A DNA stretch of 64,000 nucleotides from Lachnoclostridium sp. UBA3320. GTDB lineage: Bacteria > Bacillota > Clostridia > Lachnospirales > Lachnospiraceae. Shown piece by piece: positions 1-8,518 of this stretch (its first letter is position 1; every line of letters starts with the position of its first letter). The stretch spans positions 3,275 through 67,274 of the forward strand of contig DESG01000035.1 in NCBI GenBank assembly GCA_002361175.1, given 5' to 3'. The position numbers were made by a program, and so were the translations under genes. The notes beneath the pieces were generated by a model, which saw nothing but the letters and a program-made list of their open reading frames with translations, did not search any database and was not told the DNA's origin.

Positions 1-1784
1 CATATATGGGACTTTCTACATTACAGACAATCGCAGGTGCTAATAGTGAAAGCATAAATCCTAAATATTATATACAATTTTTGAATACTAAAAGTCTTGG
101 CAAAACTATTGCATCTATAAAGGAGCAATACGAGCTTGAGGATAAAAATGTAGATGAAAATACTGCTATTTTGGGACTTACAGGAGCAAGTAGCAATCAA
201 ACTGTGAGAAATATATATCCACTGGCTATTGTCTGCTTTTTGCTAATATTAATTTCAGGTATCTTTATGATTTCAAGCTGTATGAATAGCAATGTTGCAC
301 AAAGAACAAGTTTCTTTGGAATGATGAGGTGCATTGGCGCAAGCAAGGAGCAAATTACACGTTTTGTAAGAATGGAGGCATTTAATTGGTGCAAAAGCGC
401 TATTCCTGCTGGCTGTATAGCTGGTATGGTATTGTGTTGGCTTTTATGTGCAATTCTTCGTTTTCTTGTTAAAGGTGAATGGGTGGATATGCCACTTTTT
501 GGAGTAAGTGTAAGTGGTATTGTCTGTGGAGTGGCAGTTGGTCTTATTACTGTGCTTATTGCTGCATATTCTCCCGCAAAGCAAGCATCGAAAGTTTCTC
601 CTATAGCAGCAATATCTGGCAATACAGAGACATCAAAAAAGATTCGTCATGCAGCAAATACCAGATTATTTAAAATAGAAACTTCATTAGGAATTAATCA
701 TGCTATATCAGCTAAGAAGAATTTATTATTTATAACAGGCTCATTTGCACTTACAATTATTTTATTCTTGGTTTTTTCAGCTTTCCTTGAAATTGTGCGT
801 AATCTACTTCCTTCAGAAAGTAACTTTTCGCCAGATATTGCGATTGTAAGTAATGAGAGTATCAATTCTTTAGATAAAAATCTTGTGACACAAATCTCTG
901 AAATGCAGAGTGTAAAAAATGTATTTGGCACAATGCAGGAAATAGGTGTTACAGTTGAAGTTAATGGACAAGAAGAGGTTATTGATTTAGTATCATACGA
1001 TGACTATATGTTTGAAGAAACTAAAGAATCAGTAGCAAGCGGAGACCTGTCAAAAGTTTATGGTGACTCTAATTATGCACTTACAATTTTTAGTGATGAC
1101 AGTAAATTTGATGTAGGTGATATAGTAAAAATCGGCGATAACGAGATTGAAATTTCCTGTGTTGCATCATTTGGAATTGGAAGTGTCAGCGGAGGTGCAG
1201 TTATTATTTGCTCTGAAGAAACTTTTATGCGTCTGACAGGAGAAAGTGGATATATGATGATAAATGTAATACTTCAAAAAGACGCATCTGAGGTAGATGT
1301 AAATAAAATTCAAAGTTTAGCAGGCGATGATTTATTTACAGACCGCAGAGAAGAAGATAAGGTTGTATACGGCAGTTATTGGGTAGTACGAGTTGCTGCA
1401 TATGGTTTTATCGGCATTATTGCCTTTATTACAGTGCTAAATATTATGAATAACATTTCCATGGGGGTATCTGCAAGAATAAAACAATATGGCGCAATGC
1501 GAGCAGTTGGCATGGAAAGTAGACAAGTGACAAAGATGATAATAGGCGAATCTGCCACCTATACTTTGTGCGGCACTATTGTAGGAATTGTTATAGGGCT
1601 TTTACTGCACTATTTAATTTATCTTAAACTAATTGCTACGCATTTTGGAGGAGCATGGAAAATTCCAATTCCAATAATCGCAATTATTTTACTTTTGGTA
1701 TCTGTATCATGTGCAATAGCGGTATATGCTCCTGCTAAGCGCATACGCAATATGTCAATTACTGCAACAATTAATGAATTGTAA
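1..1784 (+). CDS. ABC transporter permease, FtsX/MacB type (5' end cut by window edge)
   Basis: Reading frame is open to the left edge. 592+ aa with two hydrophobic FtsX-like helix blocks separated by a large soluble loop, the same architecture as the 781-aa permease at 39508-41853. Confidence 0.8.
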   Translation, partial: YMGLSTLQTIAGANSESINPKYYIQFLNTKSLGKTIASIKEQYELEDKNVDENTAILGLTGASSNQTVRNIYPLAIVCFLLILISGIFMISSCMNSNVAQRTSFFGMMRCIGASKEQITRFVRMEAFNWCKSAIPAGCIAGMVLCWLLCAILRFLVKGEWVDMPLFGVSVSGIVCGVAVGLITVLIAAYSPAKQASKVSPIAAISGNTETSKKIRHAANTRLFKIETSLGINHAISAKKNLLFITGSFALTIILFLVFSAFLEIVRNLLPSESNFSPDIAIVSNESINSLDKNLVTQISEMQSVKNVFGTMQEIGVTVEVNGQEEVIDLVSYDDYMFEETKESVASGDLSKVYGDSNYALTIFSDDSKFDVGDIVKIGDNEIEISCVASFGIGSVSGGAVIICSEETFMRLTGESGYMMINVILQKDASEVDVNKIQSLAGDDLFTDRREEDKVVYGSYWVVRVAAYGFIGIIAFITVLNIMNNISMGVSARIKQYGAMRAVGMESRQVTKMIIGESATYTLCGTIVGIVIGLLLHYLIYLKLIATHFGGAWKIPIPIIAIILLLVSVSCAIAVYAPAKRIRNMSITATINEL

Positions 1785-1820
1785 ATAAATATAAGATATG
1801 CTAATTATAAGCATACAGAA

Positions 1821-1860
1821 AAGGTTATCTTCTACTGCGAATAGGAGATAGCCTTTTAAT
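1821..1860. terminator. Hairpin terminator between convergent genes
   Basis: AAGGTTATCTTC (1821-1832) pairs with GGAGATAGCCTT (1844-1855): 12 bp including 2 G-U pairs, 11-nt loop, followed by TTT. Confidence 0.55.
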
Positions 1861-1935
1861 AAGTTGTTTTTAACTGATTATATGTTTTCAATTGTACAAC
1901 CGTTGGATAAGCCATATCCTTTAGATAGTGTAACT

Positions 1936-2382
1936 TTACCTGTTATATTCCGCTTTCAAAGGAGCTATAACCTCTGGATTTTGTCTTACCCAAGCCATAG
2001 CACAGCTGCATAGAACTATAGTTAAGTGGTCATCTATAAACCCTTTATTTCCATTTTCTTTTAGAATTTCAATTAAACTTTCTGCGGTTTTTAAATCTTT
2101 GCTGTTAAATCCATTACCTAATTGGAGATATTGTAAAAAAACATCCAACATTTTTTCAAAATCCCCATCCCAATTAATACAGCCATTGTCCAAAAATTCA
2201 CGTTGCACTCTCCCAGCTATTCTGATAATTTCACCTTGTGCTGTTTGCGCTTTTCCATATGGTGGAACAAGATATTCCCAAAGCATTTGAAATGCCTTAT
2301 CTTCGTCCCCTTCTAGGACATTGATAGGTGAAATACCGTCATGAATAGATTTTTCTGTAGATTTTGTATTATTTTTAGTCAT
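1936..2382 (-). CDS. Hypothetical soluble protein (148 aa), family not recognised
   Basis: ATG at 2382 is preceded by a GAGAGAG Shine-Dalgarno-like run. The track ORF begins 15 nt earlier at a TTG. No TM segment or catalytic motif seen. Confidence 0.55.
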   Translation of the reverse strand: MTKNNTKSTEKSIHDGISPINVLEGDEDKAFQMLWEYLVPPYGKAQTAQGEIIRIAGRVQREFLDNGCINWDGDFEKMLDVFLQYLQLGNGFNSKDLKTAESLIEILKENGNKGFIDDHLTIVLCSCAMAWVRQNPEVIAPLKAEYNR

Positions 2383-2659
2383 TTTAATCTCTCTCAAAAA
2401 CTTTGATTTATTATTTGGTTATTTTAGAGGAAGTATAGCATAAAACTTCCACTTTTTCAATCAATCTTTTGGACAAATTTTTTCGCTACAGCAACTTCTA
2501 CATTAGGTGATGTTGTTTTTCCAATATATAATAATTTACACATATGTACGGCAACCTATATGTGAGGTAATCATTTGAGCAAAGTTATACATTAAAACAA
2601 CTTAAAGAAGAGCAACAAATAGTAATGAAAGTTTAACAATAAATTATCCAAACTCCTTA

Positions 2660-2688
2660 TTGATTTTTTGTTATTTTCTGCATATAAT
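2660..2688 (+). promoter_or_regulatory. Sigma70-like promoter of the phd antitoxin gene
   Basis: TTGATT (2660-2665), 17-nt spacer, TATAAT (2683-2688), about 30 nt upstream of the GGAGG RBS. Confidence 0.5.
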
Positions 2689-2720
2689 AAGAGCAGAAGA
2701 ATGCATTGGAGGTGTTTATT

Positions 2721-3044
2721 ATGGCAATTACAGCAGGTCTTTTGCAAAGTTTAGTTCCTATTTCACAGTTTAACAAAGGTCAGGCAGCGAAGATATTTGA
2801 TAGACTTCACTCTGAAAGAGAATTAATTGTTTTAAAGAACAATCAGCCTTCTGCAATTATTTTGTCTCCTGAAGAATATACAAGACTGACAGAAATTGAG
2901 GAGGATTATTACCTTTTATTAGAAGCAAATAAGCGAATGGAAGATAATGGAAATAATAAAACTGTTTTATTTGATTCTGTAATGAGTAATTTAGGAATCA
3001 GTGAAGATGAACTTTTAGATACAAAGGATGTTGATATCGAATGA
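2721..3044 (+). CDS. Type II antitoxin, Phd/YefM family
   Basis: ATG at 2721 lies 8 nt after GGAGG. N-terminal motif (ISQFNKGQAAKIFD...LIVLKNNQPSAIILSPEEY) is typical of Phd/YefM. Its stop overlaps the next ATG (ATGA at 3041-3044). Confidence 0.8.
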   Translation: MAITAGLLQSLVPISQFNKGQAAKIFDRLHSERELIVLKNNQPSAIILSPEEYTRLTEIEEDYYLLLEANKRMEDNGNNKTVLFDSVMSNLGISEDELLDTKDVDIE

Positions 3045-3308
3045 CATGGAGTATTGAATTTTTAGAAGAAGCAGAAAAGGACATGAGAAAACTCGATCAT
3101 TCAGCTCAGATCCAAGTATTAAAAGGGTAGTAAAAGTGGGACAAATCTTACGAATCTTATGAAAATTAAATTCAGAGATTTAGGCATTCGAGTTGTTTAT
3201 AAGGTCGAGCGAGTAGATGAAGTTATGAAGATTATCGTTGTTTCTGCCAGAACTGATGGGCAGATTTATAAGGAAGCAGTAAAAAGAAGAGAAAAGCATG
3301 ATTTATAA
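3041..3308 (+). pseudogene. RelE/ParE-family toxin, internally deleted and frameshifted
   Basis: The N-terminal 29 codons (MTWSIEFLEEAEKDMRKLD...) end at TAG 3128-3130. The C-terminal part (NLTNLMKIKFRDLGIRVVYKVERVDEVMKIIVVSARTDGQIY...) continues in another frame to TAA 3306-3308. The central segment of the fold is missing. Confidence 0.7.
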
Positions 3309-3380
3309 CAGAATATGGAATGAAGCTTTTGAAAACAAGGAACAGGAGGTTAATTTAATACCAAAATAATAGCGTAAAGG

Positions 3381-3416
3381 CGCATGGAACAGTAAATTGT
3401 AAACCATGCGTTTTTT
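3381..3416 (+). terminator. Rho-independent terminator
   Basis: CGCATGG (3381-3387) pairs with CCATGCG (3404-3410), followed by TTTTTT. Confidence 0.65.
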
Positions 3417-3505
3417 GTGCATAATTGGAAAAAATAAATTAGTAGACAGTTTTGCTTGCTTTTGCTATACTTATCTTTGAGAAATAAATTTATGGGGATA
3501 GTTAA

Positions 3506-4273
3506 GTGGAAAAAGAAGATTTTAATATATATTCTGATTTTGCATATGTCTATGACAGCTTTATGGACAATATTCCATATCAGAGCTGGTATGATTATTT
3601 ACATGGGCTTCTTATGGATTACAATATAAATAATGGCATAGTAGTTGACCTTGCCTGTGGTACAGGTACAATAACTGCTATGCTTGCGGCAGATGGGTAT
3701 GATATGATAGGTATTGATTTATCATATGAGATGCTTAATATAGCAAGAGGTAAATGTCCTGACAATGTACTTTTTTTACATCAAGATATCAGGGAACTTG
3801 ATTTATATGGTACAGCTTCGGCTATGGTCTGTATTTGTGATGGCATTAACTATATGCTTGACGAAGAAAGTTTGTACCAAGTATTTGATAAAGTATATAC
3901 TTTTCTTGACGATGGTGGTGTATTTATATTTGATATGAAGACAAGGCATTTCTATGAAAATATACTTGGAAACCAAACTATTGCAGATAACAGAGAAAAT
4001 TCAAGCCTTATATGGGAAAATGAGTTTGATAAAACCACAGGCATCAATGAATACTTTATTACTATTTATAACCTTTACTCTAAAGAGCTGGGGCTGTTTG
4101 AAAGGTTTGAAGAGTTTCACAGACAGAGAGCTTATCCAGTGGAAAAGATAAAGGAACTTGCTGCTAAGGCAGGGCTTGAGACAGTTGCGGTATATAATGC
4201 ATTTACAAAAGAAGAGCCTTTAGATAATAGTGAGAGAATTTATTATATTATGAGAAAGCGGAGGATGGCTTAA
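3506..4273 (+). CDS. Class I SAM-dependent methyltransferase
   Basis: Motif I VVDLACGTG and the following acidic-loop pattern (GIDLS). 255 aa, GTG start. Confidence 0.8.
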   Translation: MEKEDFNIYSDFAYVYDSFMDNIPYQSWYDYLHGLLMDYNINNGIVVDLACGTGTITAMLAADGYDMIGIDLSYEMLNIARGKCPDNVLFLHQDIRELDLYGTASAMVCICDGINYMLDEESLYQVFDKVYTFLDDGGVFIFDMKTRHFYENILGNQTIADNRENSSLIWENEFDKTTGINEYFITIYNLYSKELGLFERFEEFHRQRAYPVEKIKELAAKAGLETVAVYNAFTKEEPLDNSERIYYIMRKRRMA

Positions 4274-5146
4274 ATGGATGGTGATTATATTGTAAGGGCA
4301 TCGGCAGCAGGGCATACGTTGCGTGCTTTTGCAATTACAAGCAGAGATATTGTTGAAGAGGCAAGGCGTATACATGATACAAGCCCAGTTGCAACGGCTG
4401 CTTTAGGGAGGCTTCTTACAGCAGGAAGTATGATGGGCAGTATGATGAAAGGGGAGCGAGATATTCTTACTCTGCAAATAGATTGTAAAGGTCCTATAGG
4501 AGGCATAACTGTTACAGCAGATTCTAATGCAAATGTAAAAGGATATGTAAATCATCCTGATGTAATATTGCCTCCTAATGCACGAGGTAAGCTTGATGTG
4601 GCGGGTGCACTGGGGCCTGGCTTTTTAAATGTGATTAGAGATATCGGTATGAAAGAGCCGTATAATGGGCAGATAGAACTTGTTTCAGGAGAAATTGCCG
4701 AGGATTTGACATATTATTATGTTACATCTGAACAAGTACCTTCAGCGGTTGGACTTGGTGTTCTTATGGATAAAGATAATTTTGTTAAACAGGCAGGAGG
4801 CTTTATAATACAAGTTATGCCAGATGCAGATGATGAGATTATAGACAGACTTGAAGAATCAATTAGTAATATACATTCTGTAACAGATTTACTTGAAGAT
4901 GGCATGAGTCCAGAGGATATACTAGAATTTATTATGAAAGGCACTGATTTAGAAATATTGGAAAAAATACCAGCCAGATATCACTGTAATTGCTCAAAAG
5001 CAAGGGTATCAAGAGCAATCGCAAGCTTAGGAAGAAATGACATACAGGAGATGATAGATGAGGGTGTTCCTGTGGAAGTAAAGTGCCATTTCTGCAATTT
5101 AAACTATATTTTTAACGTGGAGGAACTGGAAAGATTAATCAGGTAA
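4274..5146 (+). CDS. hslO: Hsp33 redox-regulated chaperone
   Basis: 290 aa, conserved Hsp33 N-terminal domain, C-terminal zinc centre CNCS...CHFCN. Confidence 0.9.
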   Translation: MDGDYIVRASAAGHTLRAFAITSRDIVEEARRIHDTSPVATAALGRLLTAGSMMGSMMKGERDILTLQIDCKGPIGGITVTADSNANVKGYVNHPDVILPPNARGKLDVAGALGPGFLNVIRDIGMKEPYNGQIELVSGEIAEDLTYYYVTSEQVPSAVGLGVLMDKDNFVKQAGGFIIQVMPDADDEIIDRLEESISNIHSVTDLLEDGMSPEDILEFIMKGTDLEILEKIPARYHCNCSKARVSRAIASLGRNDIQEMIDEGVPVEVKCHFCNLNYIFNVEELERLIR

Positions 5147-5162
5147 GGAGTTGAGTAGTGGA

Positions 5163-7412
5163 ATGCCGAAAAGATACAAGAGACTAATATATGCATTTAT
5201 TACCACAATTTTAATTCTGGTCTTTGGCGTACGCTTTAATAATGGAAACAAAGCACATGCAGAAGCGGTAGGAGTTGTTAATGTGAGTGGATATCTAAAT
5301 GTACGACAGGGACCAGGAATATCATATGCGTTGTTAAAATCGGGTGGAACAGGCGTTACACTGACAAATGGGCAGAAAGTGTCAATTACTGCAAAGGCGG
5401 GAGACTGGTATCATATTAGTTTCAAACTTAATGGCAGTAATCATAAAGGCTATGTAAAAGGTTCTTATATTAAAGTGCAGGGCAGAAGCGTGTGTACGGA
5501 GGTTACTGCTTCTATAGTTGACACAGATTTAATGCTTATGAAAAAAGCTTCGGCAACTGGTGCATGTGTAAAAGCTGGTGAAGAAGATATAATTATGCCA
5601 ACTGGTTCTGAAGTTACACTTATAGATGAAACTACAAAGAAAAAACAGAAGTGGTATTATATATCATTTGATTATCAAGATGAAACATACGAAGGTTATG
5701 TAAAAGCTGAAAGTCTTAATATTTCATATGGGAAGGGTATTCCTGGAATATGGAAAGGAAGTGCAAAGACACCACTTTATAAGGACGCTGGCAAAAGCAC
5801 AGTTGTAGAAAGTGCAGGTAAAAAAGTAAATATAGGTGTTAATAAACAGTTTAATATAATAAATGAAAGTACGGTTGCTAAAAACAAATATTTTTATATT
5901 AAAGTACGTGCTAAAAATAAAACTGTATATGGCTATGTACCAGCTATTTCTACTAGGTTTCAAATAGTTCAGACAGAACAAGCTTCTCCTGCTGAGGTGA
6001 CAGAAAATCCATCTGTAACAGAGACTCCAGCAGATGAAACAAACCAACCAGATGAAACAGTAGCTCCAGATGCAACAGCAACTCCTGAAGTTACACCTAC
6101 ACCATCTAAGTCCCCATCTGATACGCCAGAACCAACAAGCACAGTACCACTTACTAGTGATGAATTTAAAAAGGAGCTTCAAGATGAGGGATTCCCTGAA
6201 AGTTATATTAAACCACTTATGCTGCTGCATGAAAAATATCCACGCTGGAAATTTAAAGTATTTGATACAGGCCTTAATTGGGCAACAGTTATTAAAAATG
6301 AATCTGTAGTAGGAGTTAATTTATTAAGTGTTAATAAGTCATATGACTGGAAGTCAACAGAAGAGGGTGCATATGACTGGAAGACGGATAAATACATACC
6401 TCATGATGGCAGCACATGGGTAGCAGCTTCAGAAAAGGCTGTAAAATACTATATGGACCCAAGAAATTTCTTAGATGAAAGAGGAATATTTCAGTTTGAA
6501 AGTCTTGAATACCACAGTGACACACAGACACAAGATGGAGTGGAGAAAATTTTAAGTAACACTCCTATGCATGATAAGACATTTTCATATAATGGCGGCA
6601 AATCTGAGATAAAGTATTCAGAGGCATTTATAAAAGCAGCAGAATCTTCTGGTGTAAGTCCTTACCATCTTGCCTCACGTGTAAAACAGGAAGTTGTTGT
6701 AAGTTCTACACTTATGAGTACTTCTGTATCTGGAACTGTGTCAGGTTATGAAGGAATTTATAACTTTTATAATATAGGGGCGTATAGTAGCACTGAGGCT
6801 GGCGGCGCAATCGCTAATGGTCTTAAATGGGCAAGCACTGGTGATACCTATAACCGTCCATGGAATGACAGATATAAGTCAATAACTGGCGGAGCAGAGT
6901 ATATAGGCAAGAATTATATTAATGTTGGGCAGAATACACTTTATCTTGAAAAATTTAATGTGACATCTACAAACAGGTATGACCACCAGTATATGACTAA
7001 TATTGAAGCACCAAATAGCGAAGCAACGAAAACTGTTTCAGCATATGGTGTGATTGATAAGGATATGTCTATTATATTTTCCATACCTGTCTATAACAAT
7101 ATGCCTGATAAGCCATGTGAAGTACCATCAGGAGGACAAAACCCTAATAATTATTTAAAAACATTGTCTGTTAAAAATCATAAATTTAATTCACCATTTG
7201 TACTAGGTGATGACGGAAGTAAAACATATAAAGTTTCAGTAGATAAAGATGTTGACAGTATAAAAATATCTGCAACAACAGTTAGTTCATCTGCGACACT
7301 TTCAGGAACAGGCAATAAAGAGCTTTCAGAGGGTGTCAATACATTTACGATTAATGTTACTTCTGAAAGTGGGGACGTTAGAAAATATACAATAGAAGTG
7401 ACTAGAGAATAA
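5163..7412 (+). CDS. Secreted cell-wall hydrolase: three SH3b repeats, a Pro/Thr-rich linker, a glucosaminidase-type domain and a C-terminal cadherin-like beta-sandwich
   Basis: Signal/anchor helix at the N-terminus. Three SH3b-like repeats ending in GYV motifs. Glucosaminidase-like segment (SPYHLASRVKQE). C-terminal NYLKTLSV...YTIEVTR pattern. ATG at 5163 follows AAGGAG. Confidence 0.6.
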   Translation: MPKRYKRLIYAFITTILILVFGVRFNNGNKAHAEAVGVVNVSGYLNVRQGPGISYALLKSGGTGVTLTNGQKVSITAKAGDWYHISFKLNGSNHKGYVKGSYIKVQGRSVCTEVTASIVDTDLMLMKKASATGACVKAGEEDIIMPTGSEVTLIDETTKKKQKWYYISFDYQDETYEGYVKAESLNISYGKGIPGIWKGSAKTPLYKDAGKSTVVESAGKKVNIGVNKQFNIINESTVAKNKYFYIKVRAKNKTVYGYVPAISTRFQIVQTEQASPAEVTENPSVTETPADETNQPDETVAPDATATPEVTPTPSKSPSDTPEPTSTVPLTSDEFKKELQDEGFPESYIKPLMLLHEKYPRWKFKVFDTGLNWATVIKNESVVGVNLLSVNKSYDWKSTEEGAYDWKTDKYIPHDGSTWVAASEKAVKYYMDPRNFLDERGIFQFESLEYHSDTQTQDGVEKILSNTPMHDKTFSYNGGKSEIKYSEAFIKAAESSGVSPYHLASRVKQEVVVSSTLMSTSVSGTVSGYEGIYNFYNIGAYSSTEAGGAIANGLKWASTGDTYNRPWNDRYKSITGGAEYIGKNYINVGQNTLYLEKFNVTSTNRYDHQYMTNIEAPNSEATKTVSAYGVIDKDMSIIFSIPVYNNMPDKPCEVPSGGQNPNNYLKTLSVKNHKFNSPFVLGDDGSKTYKVSVDKDVDSIKISATTVSSSATLSGTGNKELSEGVNTFTINVTSESGDVRKYTIEVTRE

Positions 7413-7414
7413 TA

Positions 7415-8488
7415 ATGTTATATATATATTTAAAAAAACGAATACATATTTTTATAATTGTACTATTGCTGTCTGTATGTATGTCAGATAGCAAAAGTGC
7501 ACAAGCAGCAAGTGCATCTGTTTCGGTGACAGTAAAAGATAATGACGTTGTAAAGGGTGATGCTGTGTATGTTATAATAACAGTGGATTCTTCTGACGAA
7601 ATCGGCGGTTTTAAAGGGTATTTTAGTTACGACAACAGTGTTTTGCGATATGTCACAGGCGGCAGTGTTATAAGCGGCAATGATGATGAATTTCTTGTAT
7701 CTGATACAGATAGAGAAACTGGAACACATAAGATAAAATATGTAGTTAAATTTATTGCAAGAGCAGCTGGCAATACAACTATTAAATTAAAAAATCCTTA
7801 TGCTGTATATAGCTATGATGACAATCAGACAGAGATGTCAGTTTCTTATATTCCTTTAAATATTGTTGTTAGAAAAAAAGAGCAGATGCAGACTAAAAAG
7901 CCTGTAGTAACACAAGCACCTGTAGTAACAGAAGCACCAACTATTACAAACAAGCCTGAAGAGACAAAAGAACCAGTTGAGACAAAGAAGCCTCCTACTA
8001 AAGCTAATAACTCTAATAATTCTAATGATATAAAGGCATCTTTAAAAAATGGTGAAATTGTGCTTAGCACAAAAGAAAAGTATACTGTTACAGAACTTAC
8101 TGATAAAACACTGCTGCCGGAAGGTTTTGGCGAAACAGCCATAAAGATAGGTGATAAGCTTATTACAGCATATGTTTTAGAAAATAGCACAGACCACAAG
8201 TTTATGCTTATATATTGTAAAAAAGGAGACCATAAACCAGAGTTTTATCTGTATGATAAAGAAGAAATGGAACTTATGCCATATGAAAAAGTGCAGGCAT
8301 GGTACAGGGGAAACAGTGGTAATTCTGTCGTTATAAAAGATGCAGACAATAATATTGAAGTGCAGAAATTTAAATACATACTTGCGATTGTCATAATAAT
8401 ATGCCTATTGCTTGTAATAATAACTATATCTGTTTATATGCATTTTAAAGGAATGAGTAAAGATGATTTAACAGAAATTTTAAAATAA
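7415..8488 (+). CDS. Signal-peptide protein with a cohesin-like beta-sandwich N-terminal domain and a C-terminal membrane anchor
   Basis: Signal peptide ending SAQAAS, cohesin-like segment (VVKGDAVYVIITVDSSDEIGGFKGYFSYDNSVLRYV), Pro/Thr/Lys linker, TM helix near the C-terminus. Starts 2 nt after the preceding stop. Confidence 0.5.
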   Translation: MLYIYLKKRIHIFIIVLLLSVCMSDSKSAQAASASVSVTVKDNDVVKGDAVYVIITVDSSDEIGGFKGYFSYDNSVLRYVTGGSVISGNDDEFLVSDTDRETGTHKIKYVVKFIARAAGNTTIKLKNPYAVYSYDDNQTEMSVSYIPLNIVVRKKEQMQTKKPVVTQAPVVTEAPTITNKPEETKEPVETKKPPTKANNSNNSNDIKASLKNGEIVLSTKEKYTVTELTDKTLLPEGFGETAIKIGDKLITAYVLENSTDHKFMLIYCKKGDHKPEFYLYDKEEMELMPYEKVQAWYRGNSGNSVVIKDADNNIEVQKFKYILAIVIIICLLLVIITISVYMHFKGMSKDDLTEILK

Positions 8489-8518
8489 ACAGAGAAATAG
8501 AATGGAGGACAAAAACGC

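Noticed and set aside
2457-2543. 28-codon minus-strand ORF (MCKLLYIGKTTSPNVEVAVAKKFVQKID*) with a YIGKT-like motif that could be a GIY-YIG nuclease remnant.
   Set aside because: It has no RBS, is very short, and the motif match is a single pentapeptide. That is not enough to call a feature.
5970-6150. Pro/Thr/Glu-rich low-complexity stretches (also 7890-8020 and 29300-29360) considered as tandem DNA repeats or contingency loci.
   Set aside because: At the nucleotide level they are not exact tandem repeats. They are ordinary inter-domain linkers of secreted or membrane proteins.
8489-8518. Looked for CtsR heptad direct repeats upstream of clpC, and for sigma-28 (TAAA-N15-GCCGATAA) promoters upstream of both chemoreceptor genes.
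   Set aside because: No convincing matches. The chemoreceptor upstream regions instead contain sigma70-like hexamers.
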